Positions 1 to 7,785 of a stretch of DNA of 64,000 nucleotides are shown here, in pieces (the stretch's first letter is position 1; each line of letters opens with the position of its first letter). The translations under genes were made by a program, and so were the position numbers. The stretch is from positions 226,494 through 290,493 of the forward strand of contig JBAZSZ010000001.1 in the NCBI GenBank assembly GCA_041662205.1, written 5' to 3'. Below the pieces are notes generated by a model. It saw only the letters and a program-made list of their open reading frames with translations, was not told where the DNA came from and did not search any database. The stretch comes from Minisyncoccota bacterium (GTDB lineage Bacteria > Patescibacteriota > Minisyncoccia > Phycocordibacterales > UBA9973).

Positions 1-2
1 CT

Positions 3-689
3 ATGGCAAAAACCAAGATAGCTGTTATAGACGATAGAGTAGATGCACGAGCACTTGTTGCTAGTGTCATTGATGATGCTATAACAAACCTTGAAATAAC
101 CGATAAATGGTCTGTTTTGGAAGCGTCTCCTTTGCCAAAACTCAAAGACTATCTTAATTGGGTTAGCGATAAAAAAGTTGGAATTTTAATCATTGATGAA
201 CGTCTTGGTGAGGTTCCTGATGATGCGGGTAAAGCCGCTAGTTACAAGGGCAGTGATCTGGTTAATTTATTGAGAAAACAATATAAGGATATGCCTATCT
301 ATGGCGTTACATCCTACCCTGATGATGGCTCTTTACAAAAACACTTTGCCTTATTTGATGAAGTTGTAAAAAGAGATGACTTTACTTCTAAAGCAGCCCA
401 ATATGTAGACCGATTCTTGAGAACGTATAAAAACTTTCTTGAAGATAATGAAAAAGAGCTAACCGAGCTTTCTGTCATCTCAAAGAAGATAGCTTTAGGT
501 AAGGCAAGTCGATCAGAAAAGAAAAGAGCCGAAGCCATTCAGAAAAACCTTGAAATTCCTGTTACAACTTTAGCGATTGGTAGTCGGAAAGAATGGATTG
601 ATGACTATGAAAAAGTCATTGCTGATCTCAAAAAAACTCAAAGCGATGTAGGAAAGTTTTTAAAAAAGAGCACTAAGAAAAAGAAATGA
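3..689 (+). CDS. CheY-like receiver (REC)-like domain protein with coiled-coil C-terminus; first gene of 3-gene overlapping cassette
   Basis: ATG at 3. N-terminus KIAVIDD..., acidic residue in GILIIDE, YGVTS and VVKRD resemble REC D/T/K positions. C-terminal half is charged/helical. Stop overlaps next start (ATGA at 686-689). Confidence 0.45.
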   Translation: MAKTKIAVIDDRVDARALVASVIDDAITNLEITDKWSVLEASPLPKLKDYLNWVSDKKVGILIIDERLGEVPDDAGKAASYKGSDLVNLLRKQYKDMPIYGVTSYPDDGSLQKHFALFDEVVKRDDFTSKAAQYVDRFLRTYKNFLEDNEKELTELSVISKKIALGKASRSEKKRAEAIQKNLEIPVTTLAIGSRKEWIDDYEKVIADLKKTQSDVGKFLKKSTKKKK

Positions 690-1333
690 AATGGACTTTA
701 ATTCAAAAAACACCCAACCCTACTATCGAAGCCTATGGATACGAGGACAAGCGAGTCAAAGAATTTTTAAGGCAAGAAGGCGGTCTTAGATGTGTATATT
801 GTGCTGTACATGAAAATGCTCTCGGTGGAGTACAAGGATTTCATGTTGAGCATTACAAACCAAAAAGACGATTCCCAGTATTAATTAATAGTCTCAATAA
901 TCTTTTTTACTCTTGTCCAATCTGTAATCGATTTAAATCTAGTGATTGGCCAGCAGAACCAAATAAGAAGTTTGGAAACAGTTCATATCCTAATCCTTCT
1001 CAAGTTGACTACGCTATTCTTTTTGAAGTTGACCAAAAGAGTGGTTCGGTTAACGGAAAATTTGTAGCTTCAAAGTATATAGTTGAACGTCTATATTTTA
1101 ACCGCCCACAGTTAATATTGGAACGTCGACAGTATTTTCTTGACGAGCAACTTAATTCGCTGAATGAAAAAAATAAAGACCTAATCAAGGAACTAAAAAC
1201 TAGGAGCGATAAGAGATCACTTGCATATTTAGCCAAACTTGCGGATTTTAGCATTAAGTTAAACGAGTTGTTTCTTACCCTAAAGAAAATACCATCTTAT
1301 GAGATTAGTGACGTAACTAAACAAAGATCATGA
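686..1333 (+). CDS. HNH family endonuclease
   Basis: HNH core: CVYCAVHE...GFHVEHYKPK...INSLNNLFYSCPICNRFK (His-Asn-Asn plus Cys ligands). Translationally coupled on both sides (ATGA overlaps). Confidence 0.7.
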   Translation: MKWTLIQKTPNPTIEAYGYEDKRVKEFLRQEGGLRCVYCAVHENALGGVQGFHVEHYKPKRRFPVLINSLNNLFYSCPICNRFKSSDWPAEPNKKFGNSSYPNPSQVDYAILFEVDQKSGSVNGKFVASKYIVERLYFNRPQLILERRQYFLDEQLNSLNEKNKDLIKELKTRSDKRSLAYLAKLADFSIKLNELFLTLKKIPSYEISDVTKQRS

Positions 1334-2958
1334 GAACTCGAAAGGAAAATGGTTCATACTACACCCCAGAAATCATCGCTGATTTTATTATTAAGCGAGT
1401 TTTTGATAATAAACACTACTTTCTGCCCAGAGACATAAGCGTATTAGAATCAAGCGTGGGAGACGGGATCTTCGTTCGCTCTCTGTTGAGTAGCCCCAAA
1501 GTTAAAACTAAGAAACTGACCCTAGAGGTGGTAGAGAGAGAAGGCAAAGAACTAAAGAAAGCCTTAGTCATTGCTGATGGACTAAAGTCAAAACAAACCA
1601 AAATTATTTCTCACCATAGAGATTATCTTGAGTTTGAAAAGACTAATAAAAATAAATACGACCTGATTATCGGTAATCCACCTTATATTAAAAAGAATCA
1701 TCTATCAAAAAAGCAGCTCAGTTTATGTGAAAATATTCATAAGAGAGCCAAACTATCTGATAAAAAAATAAAAAATATTTGGACAGCATTCCTTATAGGA
1801 GCAGTAGAATCACTCAATGAGAACGGTGTTATTTCTTTGGTCTTACCAGCCGAATTATTACAGGTCTCATATACGAAAGAGCTTAGAAATTATTTGCGTA
1901 ATACTCTTAATAAAATCGAGATATTTGCATTTAATGAGCTCGTATTCGAAGGCATTGAACAGGATGTAATAATCATTATTGGAACAAAATCATCAAAGAA
2001 TAAGGGCGTTTCTTTTTTTCAAGCAAATAAATTAGTTGATCTAAAGAAGCCTGATCTTATCCCGGGTAATACAAACATTGATCGAGAAACACTTGATAAA
2101 TGGACTAACTACATTTTATCTGAAAAAGAGCTTTCTTTTCTTGATAGCCTAAAGAAGAAGCTCAAAGAAGTGAGAGATTACTCAAAGGTGCAAGTTGGAA
2201 TTGTGACCGCTGTAAATAACTTTTTTATTATTAATGAAGATATTGTAAAAAACTTCAAGCTCAATTCTAACTGTACGCCAATTTTACAAAAAAGTTCTTT
2301 CGTCCCTGTGGCTTTAACGATAAGAAAAAATGATTTTTTCTCACTCAAGAAAAGAGGTAAGCCAGTTTTTCTGCTATCTCTTCCTGATAAACCAGAAGAT
2401 TTTCTATCTAAAAATGTTAAGAAGTATATAAAAAGTGGAGTGGATGAAGGAATTCATAAAGGTTACAAATGCTCGATCAGAAACCACTGGTATCACGTTC
2501 CAAGTGTTTGGCCTCCAGAAGGTGTCTTTATTAAAAGAAGTAATATCTTTCCAAGAATCATGACGAATGAGGCAAAAGTTAATGTCACTGATGCTTTTTA
2601 TCGTATATCAATGAAAGATGGTTATAATATTAAGAGCTTAGCATTTTCCTTCTGTAATTCTCTCAGCCTTATTTTTGCTGAGCTTGAGGGTAGATTTTAT
2701 GGAGGAGGCGTATTAGAGCTTATCCCAAACGAGTTTAAGAGTATACCAATACCTTACTCAGATGTTAAAGAAAAAGATTTTGAGTACCTGGATCGGATGT
2801 TAAGGAAAAAAGAACCAATTGACACTATCTTAGATTACACCGACAGAGTGATTTTAAAAAAAACACTGAAGTTAGCTAATAAAGATATTAAAAATATTAG
2901 GAAAATTTATTCCAAACTAGTTAATCGAAGAATGAAGGTTTCGCTCAATAAAAATTAA
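1330..2958 (+). CDS. gamma-class N6-adenine DNA methyltransferase (TaqI/Eco57I-like) with C-terminal target-recognition region
   Basis: Motif I VLESSVGDGIF then motif IV DLIIGNPPY, in gamma order. Roughly 350 aa C-terminal extension. ATGA overlap with upstream HNH gene. Confidence 0.8.
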   Translation: MRTRKENGSYYTPEIIADFIIKRVFDNKHYFLPRDISVLESSVGDGIFVRSLLSSPKVKTKKLTLEVVEREGKELKKALVIADGLKSKQTKIISHHRDYLEFEKTNKNKYDLIIGNPPYIKKNHLSKKQLSLCENIHKRAKLSDKKIKNIWTAFLIGAVESLNENGVISLVLPAELLQVSYTKELRNYLRNTLNKIEIFAFNELVFEGIEQDVIIIIGTKSSKNKGVSFFQANKLVDLKKPDLIPGNTNIDRETLDKWTNYILSEKELSFLDSLKKKLKEVRDYSKVQVGIVTAVNNFFIINEDIVKNFKLNSNCTPILQKSSFVPVALTIRKNDFFSLKKRGKPVFLLSLPDKPEDFLSKNVKKYIKSGVDEGIHKGYKCSIRNHWYHVPSVWPPEGVFIKRSNIFPRIMTNEAKVNVTDAFYRISMKDGYNIKSLAFSFCNSLSLIFAELEGRFYGGGVLELIPNEFKSIPIPYSDVKEKDFEYLDRMLRKKEPIDTILDYTDRVILKKTLKLANKDIKNIRKIYSKLVNRRMKVSLNKN

Positions 2959-4355
2959 TTCTTTAAGTAAAGTAGTACTTTCTTTTCTTCGAGTGCAAGC
3001 TTGCTTTTCAGACACCCTAGTAAATCTCTTTTCTCAAATATTGATCCTTCTACAAGAAGGTATTTGGTGTAATTTCTTATATCAGCATCCTTCACGTAGT
3101 ATTCCTCTTGAGCCTTGCCCATAATTCCGGAGTGGAATTTCTTATGCCTTTCAATTTCAACTTCCAATTTTTTCTTTAAACCGGATTTATCCAAATCAAT
3201 TTGATCAAGGATTTCTGTAAGTTGGTTTATTAATACTTTTTCTTCAATGTATCCCTCTTTGCAATTAATATCTCGGGCTCTAGTACAACCGTAATAAATA
3301 TATTTATTAACGGAACCGTCTTTGAGAGTTTTATATTTCTCTTGCCCTGTGATGCCAGAACCGCAACGGCCACATATAAACATTCTAGTAAAAGCAAACT
3401 CCTTATTTCTGCTGTGCGATTTTACTTGCAGGTGCAATTGTTTTTGCACGTCATCAAATAAATCTTTAGAAATTAATGGTATATGTTTACCTTGAAACCA
3501 TCTTCCACTCCCTTTGGGATACTCAAATGTTCCATAATAAAAATGGTTATTAAGAATTATGTAAATATTACTAAGAGTTAGAGGTTTGCCGGATTTTGTT
3601 TTAAATTTTAAATCATCCTTTAACCACCTGAATACTTTTCTTCCGCTCCACGCTTCATGTCCCACTTTCTTAAATACTTCTTTCATAACCTGTGCTCGAT
3701 CCGGGTCAACGAATACTTGGCATTTCTGATCTTTATTTTTAGCATTTAGATATCCAGTTGGTGCAACGCTCGGCCATAATCCCATTTCACATTGTGTTTT
3801 GAGTCCACGCTTTACATTTATACTTTTATTATCATTTTCAAGTTTAGCTTGGGATCCAAGAATCATTAAAAGGAATTTCTCATTTGGATTATTAGAAAAG
3901 TGTTGGCTGTATGTTTTTATTTCAACTAATTTCTTTTGGTCCAGTAAATCTACTATCGCACCAAGGTCTCCAGCATTCCTGCTGAGTCTGTCTGGATGCC
4001 ACACAAGAATTCCATTAAATTTTCCTTCTCGGATATCAATAAGCATTTTGTTAAAGACTGGTCGTTGCCCACAATCTTTTGCTGAATGAGATTCTCTATA
4101 AATATCCACGATCTGAAGATTGTCTCGAGTCGCGATCGTCAACATTTCTTTTATCTGGGAATCTATTGATAATGCCTGCTTTTCTTCGGCTTCGCTTGAT
4201 TTACGGGCATACAAACAGTACTTGATTCGTTCTTGTGTTACCGTAGCTGGAAAACCTATTTGGGCTCCATATTGCGTTGTCTTATCCATACGAACAACAA
4301 CATACTCTGAACAAAAATTAAGTCTAGTCATAAAGTGGATAACTTCACTACACAA
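2955..4355 (-). CDS. large serine recombinase (resolvase/integrase family); true start may be the internal Met (MDKTT..., ~4289)
   Basis: N-terminal catalytic motif LYARKSSEAEEKQALSIDSQ; HPDRLSRN; Cys-rich zinc-ribbon/recombinase domain (CGRCGSG...YYGC). Convergent 4-nt overlap with MTase stop. Confidence 0.85.
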   Translation of the reverse strand: MCSEVIHFMTRLNFCSEYVVVRMDKTTQYGAQIGFPATVTQERIKYCLYARKSSEAEEKQALSIDSQIKEMLTIATRDNLQIVDIYRESHSAKDCGQRPVFNKMLIDIREGKFNGILVWHPDRLSRNAGDLGAIVDLLDQKKLVEIKTYSQHFSNNPNEKFLLMILGSQAKLENDNKSINVKRGLKTQCEMGLWPSVAPTGYLNAKNKDQKCQVFVDPDRAQVMKEVFKKVGHEAWSGRKVFRWLKDDLKFKTKSGKPLTLSNIYIILNNHFYYGTFEYPKGSGRWFQGKHIPLISKDLFDDVQKQLHLQVKSHSRNKEFAFTRMFICGRCGSGITGQEKYKTLKDGSVNKYIYYGCTRARDINCKEGYIEEKVLINQLTEILDQIDLDKSGLKKKLEVEIERHKKFHSGIMGKAQEEYYVKDADIRNYTKYLLVEGSIFEKRDLLGCLKSKLALEEKKVLLYLKN

Positions 4356-4465
4356 TAATTTAAAAGGAAGCTAGGCTACACAAGCCTCCCAAAAGGAGGT
4401 ATAATCTCATTACAAGTTAATAAGCGACCTAACCCCTAAATTTATTTAAGGTATGGTCATAAAGT

Positions 4466-4507
4466 CGTATGAAGCATAAAGAACCCGTCATGGGGTCGCT
4501 TCATACG
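4466..4507. repeat. perfect 10-bp inverted repeat (cgtatgaagc / gcttcatacg) enclosing a 22-nt loop
   Basis: Read directly: 4466-4475 and 4498-4507 are reverse complements. Confidence 0.8.
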
Positions 4508-4508
4508 C

Positions 4509-4544
4509 CGTATAGGGAAACCTATATGAGAGGCTTCGGTCTCT
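4509..4544. other. two adjacent tetraloop hairpins (GAAA-capped 8-bp stem; cUUCGg-capped stem)
   Basis: cgtatagg-gaaa-cctatatg (4509-4528) and agaggc-ttcg-gtctct (4529-4544). Both are classic stable RNA tetraloops. Confidence 0.6.
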
Positions 4545-4558
4545 ACCCGTGATGGGCT

Positions 4559-4599
4559 TTTTGCGTCTTATCACCGGTATTTATCAATAAGACGCAAAA
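4559..4599. repeat. perfect 13-bp inverted repeat (ttttgcgtcttat / ataagacgcaaaa), 15-nt loop, just upstream of ORF 4609
   Basis: Read directly from sequence. Confidence 0.8.
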
Positions 4600-4608
4600 G
4601 AAAAAGTT

Positions 4609-4902
4609 ATGTCGAACTTGATCTATGAAGGAATATTTAAAGCAGTTCTGTTTGGTTTAACTCTATCAATTGCCGTTGCTGTTTTTTCAATAGCTAAACA
4701 AGTTGCGAAAAAAGAATTTATTGGAGTACCAACCTGGGAATTTATTTTAAGATTAATTTATTACTTAGGTGGAATAGCTCTCGCTTCTTTTTTACTCGCT
4801 GGTTTGATAGATAATGGCCACAATCAAATTTTAGCTGTAGCAACTTATTTATTTTTAATAATGTCGGGTGCATGGGTGTATGGCCTTCGCGCATCTAACT
4901 AA
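4609..4902 (+). CDS. small hydrophobic membrane protein, hypothetical
   Basis: 97-aa ORF with three predicted TM-like hydrophobic stretches. Confidence 0.4.
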   Translation: MSNLIYEGIFKAVLFGLTLSIAVAVFSIAKQVAKKEFIGVPTWEFILRLIYYLGGIALASFLLAGLIDNGHNQILAVATYLFLIMSGAWVYGLRASN

Positions 4903-4911
4903 TTTAATTTT

Positions 4912-5181
4912 ATGACCAAAAAACAATTTATTGTGTTGATAGTTGCGATCCTACTTATCCCTATAATGTACCTCTACAATGTTCGTTCTGTAAGTGCCGC
5001 TAGAAAAAGGTGCGCTGAATATGCGATGCCTTTAGTCGGAGCATCTTTCCCAGATGCTTTTGCCGAAAGCGGGTATAATTTTCCGCCGAAGAGAATCAAA
5101 GCAGAATACTCACAAGATTTCAAAGCCAATTATGATATATTCTTTAATTTCTGTATGGATCATTTTGAAGTTAAAGGCTAA
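4912..5181 (+). CDS. small protein with N-terminal TM/signal, hypothetical
   Basis: 89-aa ORF with hydrophobic N-terminus, 10 nt after the previous gene. Confidence 0.35.
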   Translation: MTKKQFIVLIVAILLIPIMYLYNVRSVSAARKRCAEYAMPLVGASFPDAFAESGYNFPPKRIKAEYSQDFKANYDIFFNFCMDHFEVKG

Positions 5182-5532
5182 TTATAGATTTTTCAATACG
5201 CCAGATTTAGCCAAAGCTTTGGTTGGTAATTTTTTGCTATATCTGGGACTTTTTTCACCTGGCTCTCTAGCTTTACCCATGGTAAGATCAAAGTACATCC
5301 TAGCTGATCTGACATCACCCTGAATTGCTTGTTTACGCAAAGAATCTAAAACAATTATCCCAATTTTTTTCTTTACTCTTCGTACCTGACCATGTCTTTG
5401 TTCTTTGACAACAATTTCTTTCAAAAAGAATTCATTCATAAATCTACGCTGTTCCTTGTAGGGTCGTCCAGCACCGGCACGAGCTCCACCATTCTTACGA
5501 CGGCCATCTTTGTTTTTCTTTGGAAAGCGCAT
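5182..5532 (-). CDS. phage terminase small subunit-like / basic DNA-binding protein
   Basis: Very basic N-terminus (KKNKDGRRKNGGARAGAGRP). Motif QAIQGDVRSARMYFDL resembles the TerS (Terminase_2-like) 'GNVxAAIFWLK' region. Confidence 0.4.
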   Translation of the reverse strand: MRFPKKNKDGRRKNGGARAGAGRPYKEQRRFMNEFFLKEIVVKEQRHGQVRRVKKKIGIIVLDSLRKQAIQGDVRSARMYFDLTMGKAREPGEKSPRYSKKLPTKALAKSGVLKNL

Positions 5533-5631
5533 TAAATTTGATTAAATATTTAGGTTAAATAATATCCTTATAATATAACACTTTTTATTTTCAAAAACGA
5601 CATATTCAATCTTTTTTAGACCCTTTTTGAC

Positions 5632-5648
5632 CCGACCTAGACAGGTCA
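5632..5648. repeat. 17-bp direct repeat copy 1 (ccgacctagacaggtca)
   Basis: Matches 6006-6022 with one mismatch. Confidence 0.7.
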
Positions 5649-5681
5649 GAGTCCAAGATTCGAAAGTGATATAATATACTA

Positions 5682-6005
5682 ATGCAAATAAAAGATATAT
5701 TTAACGTAGGTCCAGTGGGCTCAATGGGAAGACGATTGCAGTCATATTTAAATGGTGGCAATTGTCAGATTATTAATAAAACCTTAAATGAAGATCGAGT
5801 AGATTTTCGATTAAGAAGAGAATCTGATGGAATGGAGGGAGACTCATTTATCAAAGTTAGGGATGAATTTAAAGAAAGGAATAAGGAATTGCTAAACTGG
5901 ATTTTTGTAAATAAGGAAATAATGGGACTTACAATAGATCAGTTAGCTCAAATGGAAACAAACCTAAAGATGGAGATTTTTAACGGACATGTTCAAATTA
6001 AATAG
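5682..6005 (+). CDS. hypothetical protein flanked by 17-bp direct repeats
   Basis: 107-aa ORF. An extended -10 (tgatataat) lies ~10 nt upstream. Confidence 0.4.
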   Translation: MQIKDIFNVGPVGSMGRRLQSYLNGGNCQIINKTLNEDRVDFRLRRESDGMEGDSFIKVRDEFKERNKELLNWIFVNKEIMGLTIDQLAQMETNLKMEIFNGHVQIK

Positions 6006-6022
6006 CCGACCTAGACGGGTCA
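6006..6022. repeat. 17-bp direct repeat copy 2 (ccgacctagacgggtca)
   Basis: See copy 1 at 5632-5648. Confidence 0.7.
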
Positions 6023-6461
6023 TCTAGTTAATGTATTTAGTGCTAGAATATCCTTACGACATCTAGTGTGGTACGTACCAGACCAGACATCGCAGCAAAA
6101 ACGAGTGCAGCGATGTTTTTGATGGGAGAAATGAGCAAACTTCTTTGCTCATGGCTAGGAAGCGAAAAGCTTTTCATTATTTACTGAAAGTAAATTGAAA
6201 AGGTATACTGGTCATGTAATGACCGATAAGTGTACTCACGGTCCTAGTCTCCCAGCTTTGCGTGGAAGTTATCGTTTTTAGAAAAATTTTGAGCGACGCA
6301 AAGCGTCGCGTATGGAGTTTCCGCCAGAATTCGCCAAGGGTTTTTGAAATCCAAAAGAAGCGAGCGGGACGCGAGGCGGGGGTTCGAGCCAATCTTTTTA
6401 AGAAAATCTCTTTTAGCTTCACTCGAGATACATTGAGTTATTAGTTAATAAAAAAATATTT

Positions 6462-6869
6462 ATGAATCAAAGTATCTTAATAGCAATAATATCGACAGGC
6501 AGCACACTATTAGGTATTAGTGTTGGGTCTGTGTTAAATCATATTCTTGAAAGAAAAACTGTAAGAGGAAGGTTGTTTTTTGAAGCAAGAAAAATTTCTT
6601 ACGGAAAATTTATAGGTCTTACAAGAAACATAATACTAGAACCAGCAACAGAAAAAGATACATTAGAATTCAATAATATAGCTAGTGAGGCATTATTAAT
6701 TTCTAATTCTATTTTAAGAGAGGAGCTGGTTGATTTATGTAATTCAATAAGTCTTCTAAAGCGAACATCTTTGGGAGCTGGTTCTTCTTTTGATATAAAA
6801 GATCAAAATATTTTAATAGAAAAATTAAAGAAAATTGAACTTTCAATGACAAAAGAATTAAAAATATAA
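6462..6869 (+). CDS. hypothetical protein with N-terminal TM helix
   Basis: 135-aa ORF with hydrophobic N-terminus. Confidence 0.4.
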   Translation: MNQSILIAIISTGSTLLGISVGSVLNHILERKTVRGRLFFEARKISYGKFIGLTRNIILEPATEKDTLEFNNIASEALLISNSILREELVDLCNSISLLKRTSLGAGSSFDIKDQNILIEKLKKIELSMTKELKI

Positions 6870-6909
6870 AAACTAATTATTTTAGTAATCTAACCAACTT
6901 TTAAGTTAA

Positions 6910-7236
6910 ATGGTAAATTTTTTAAATAACCCTTGGACAATTGGAGTAGGCGTCACGGTTTTAGGAGGATTAATTCTATATTACCTTTTTGGCATAGGAA
7001 AACCTAAAAAAGAAAGTGCGGACACACGAAAAGCAGGTGTAATAGATGAAGGTATTAATTCAACTTATATAGATTGTGAAGGAGCTGGACCAGATGCAGG
7101 ATTAATAAGCAAGGGAAAGGGTTTGAAATCAATTAATAGTAAGTGGAGTTCAAGAGATGAGGTTGTGGAAGCTCAAAAACAAAGATTTGAAGAAAATAAG
7201 AAAAACCACTTTGACCCAAGAAATTCAAATAAATAG
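6910..7236 (+). CDS. hypothetical membrane-anchored protein
   Basis: 108-aa ORF with N-terminal TM and charged C-terminus. Confidence 0.4.
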   Translation: MVNFLNNPWTIGVGVTVLGGLILYYLFGIGKPKKESADTRKAGVIDEGINSTYIDCEGAGPDAGLISKGKGLKSINSKWSSRDEVVEAQKQRFEENKKNHFDPRNSNK

Positions 7237-7244
7237 CCCCACAG

Positions 7245-7259
7245 TAAACTGACAGAAAG
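7245..7259. repeat. 15-bp terminal inverted repeat, left copy (taaactgacagaaag)
   Basis: Exact reverse complement of 7611-7625. Confidence 0.8.
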
Positions 7260-7279
7260 TTACTAAAATCTATATTCGA

Positions 7280-7468
7280 TTAATAATTTAACCTATAGAC
7301 TTTAGCTCCAGGCGCAAGTGATTTAACTAAATTGATACCATTCAAAGCAGATTGTTCTGAAGTATAACTCTCAGCGCTATCAGCAATAATTTTGCCGTTT
7401 CCAGCATTTAGATGCCAACGATATTCACCTGACCTATCTTTATAAATTTCAAATTTTGCTTCGTGCAT
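7280..7468 (-). CDS. YegP/DUF1508-like small protein
   Basis: 62 aa; KFEIYKDRSGEYRWHL...NGKIIADS..Y resembles the UPF0339 (YegP) repeat unit. Confidence 0.5.
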   Translation of the reverse strand: MHEAKFEIYKDRSGEYRWHLNAGNGKIIADSAESYTSEQSALNGINLVKSLAPGAKVYRLNY

Positions 7469-7514
7469 ATATTTAAATTCTTTAAAGATTATTCTTCTAA
7501 CGGGGAAATCGACC

Positions 7515-7575
7515 TTAGAGTGGGTTCCCGGACAAAAACCTATTTACATCAAGTTTCTGTCCGGAACCCTCTAAG
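7515..7575. other. long imperfect hairpin (~23-bp stem, 15-nt loop)
   Basis: cttagagtgggttcccggacaaaaa / tttctgtccggaaccctctaag pair with 2-3 mismatches or bulges. Confidence 0.7.
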
Positions 7576-7610
7576 TGATTGATCCACACAAAAAGGGGGT
7601 AGGAGTTTTT

Positions 7611-7625
7611 CTTTCTGTCAGTTTA
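7611..7625. repeat. 15-bp terminal inverted repeat, right copy (ctttctgtcagttta)
   Basis: Reverse complement of 7245-7259. Confidence 0.8.
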
Positions 7626-7785
7626 TTAAGGAGCTATCTTGATATTATATTACTAGATTTAACTATTACAAGATGCTCGAGACGCGTCGTTTTGGTATAA
7701 TAAAATTGTTAGCAATCACCTTATGGGGTAAGGAGCCAATTGGTTCTAACTCGAGTCTCCCAGCAAATTCTAGTAGAATAAATAC

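Noticed and set aside
314-538. 74-aa minus-strand ORF inside the REC-like gene, and many similar antisense ORFs (e.g. 1009..1254, 3799..4089, 20784..21173, 21464..21727, 30727..30957, 34381..34938, 36046..36474, 40734..41084, 48009..48254, 60558..60899)
   Set aside because: They are embedded antisense or out-of-frame within well-supported genes, have low-complexity or atypical composition, and lack an RBS. They are shadow ORFs.
2966-2978. Perfect palindrome AAAGTA-g-TACTTT related to the recurring TACTTTA/TAAAGTA motif
   Set aside because: It lies inside the C-terminal coding sequence of the serine recombinase (encodes …KKVLLYLKN). Its half-site orientation and spacing differ from the 7-N6-7 intergenic motif, so it is treated as coincidental or coding.
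6370-6400. GGGGGTTCGAGCC resembles a tRNA/tmRNA T-loop (GGTTCGA)
   Set aside because: No complementary T-stem follows the loop and no acceptor stem or CCA context could be built on either strand. It is probably coincidental within a GC-rich hairpin region.
6177-6444. ORFs 6177..6422 (-) and 6262..6444 (+) in the GC-rich block
   Set aside because: Their Arg/Trp/Ser-rich, repeat-like translations are not protein-like and they overlap each other. The block is more likely noncoding or RNA.
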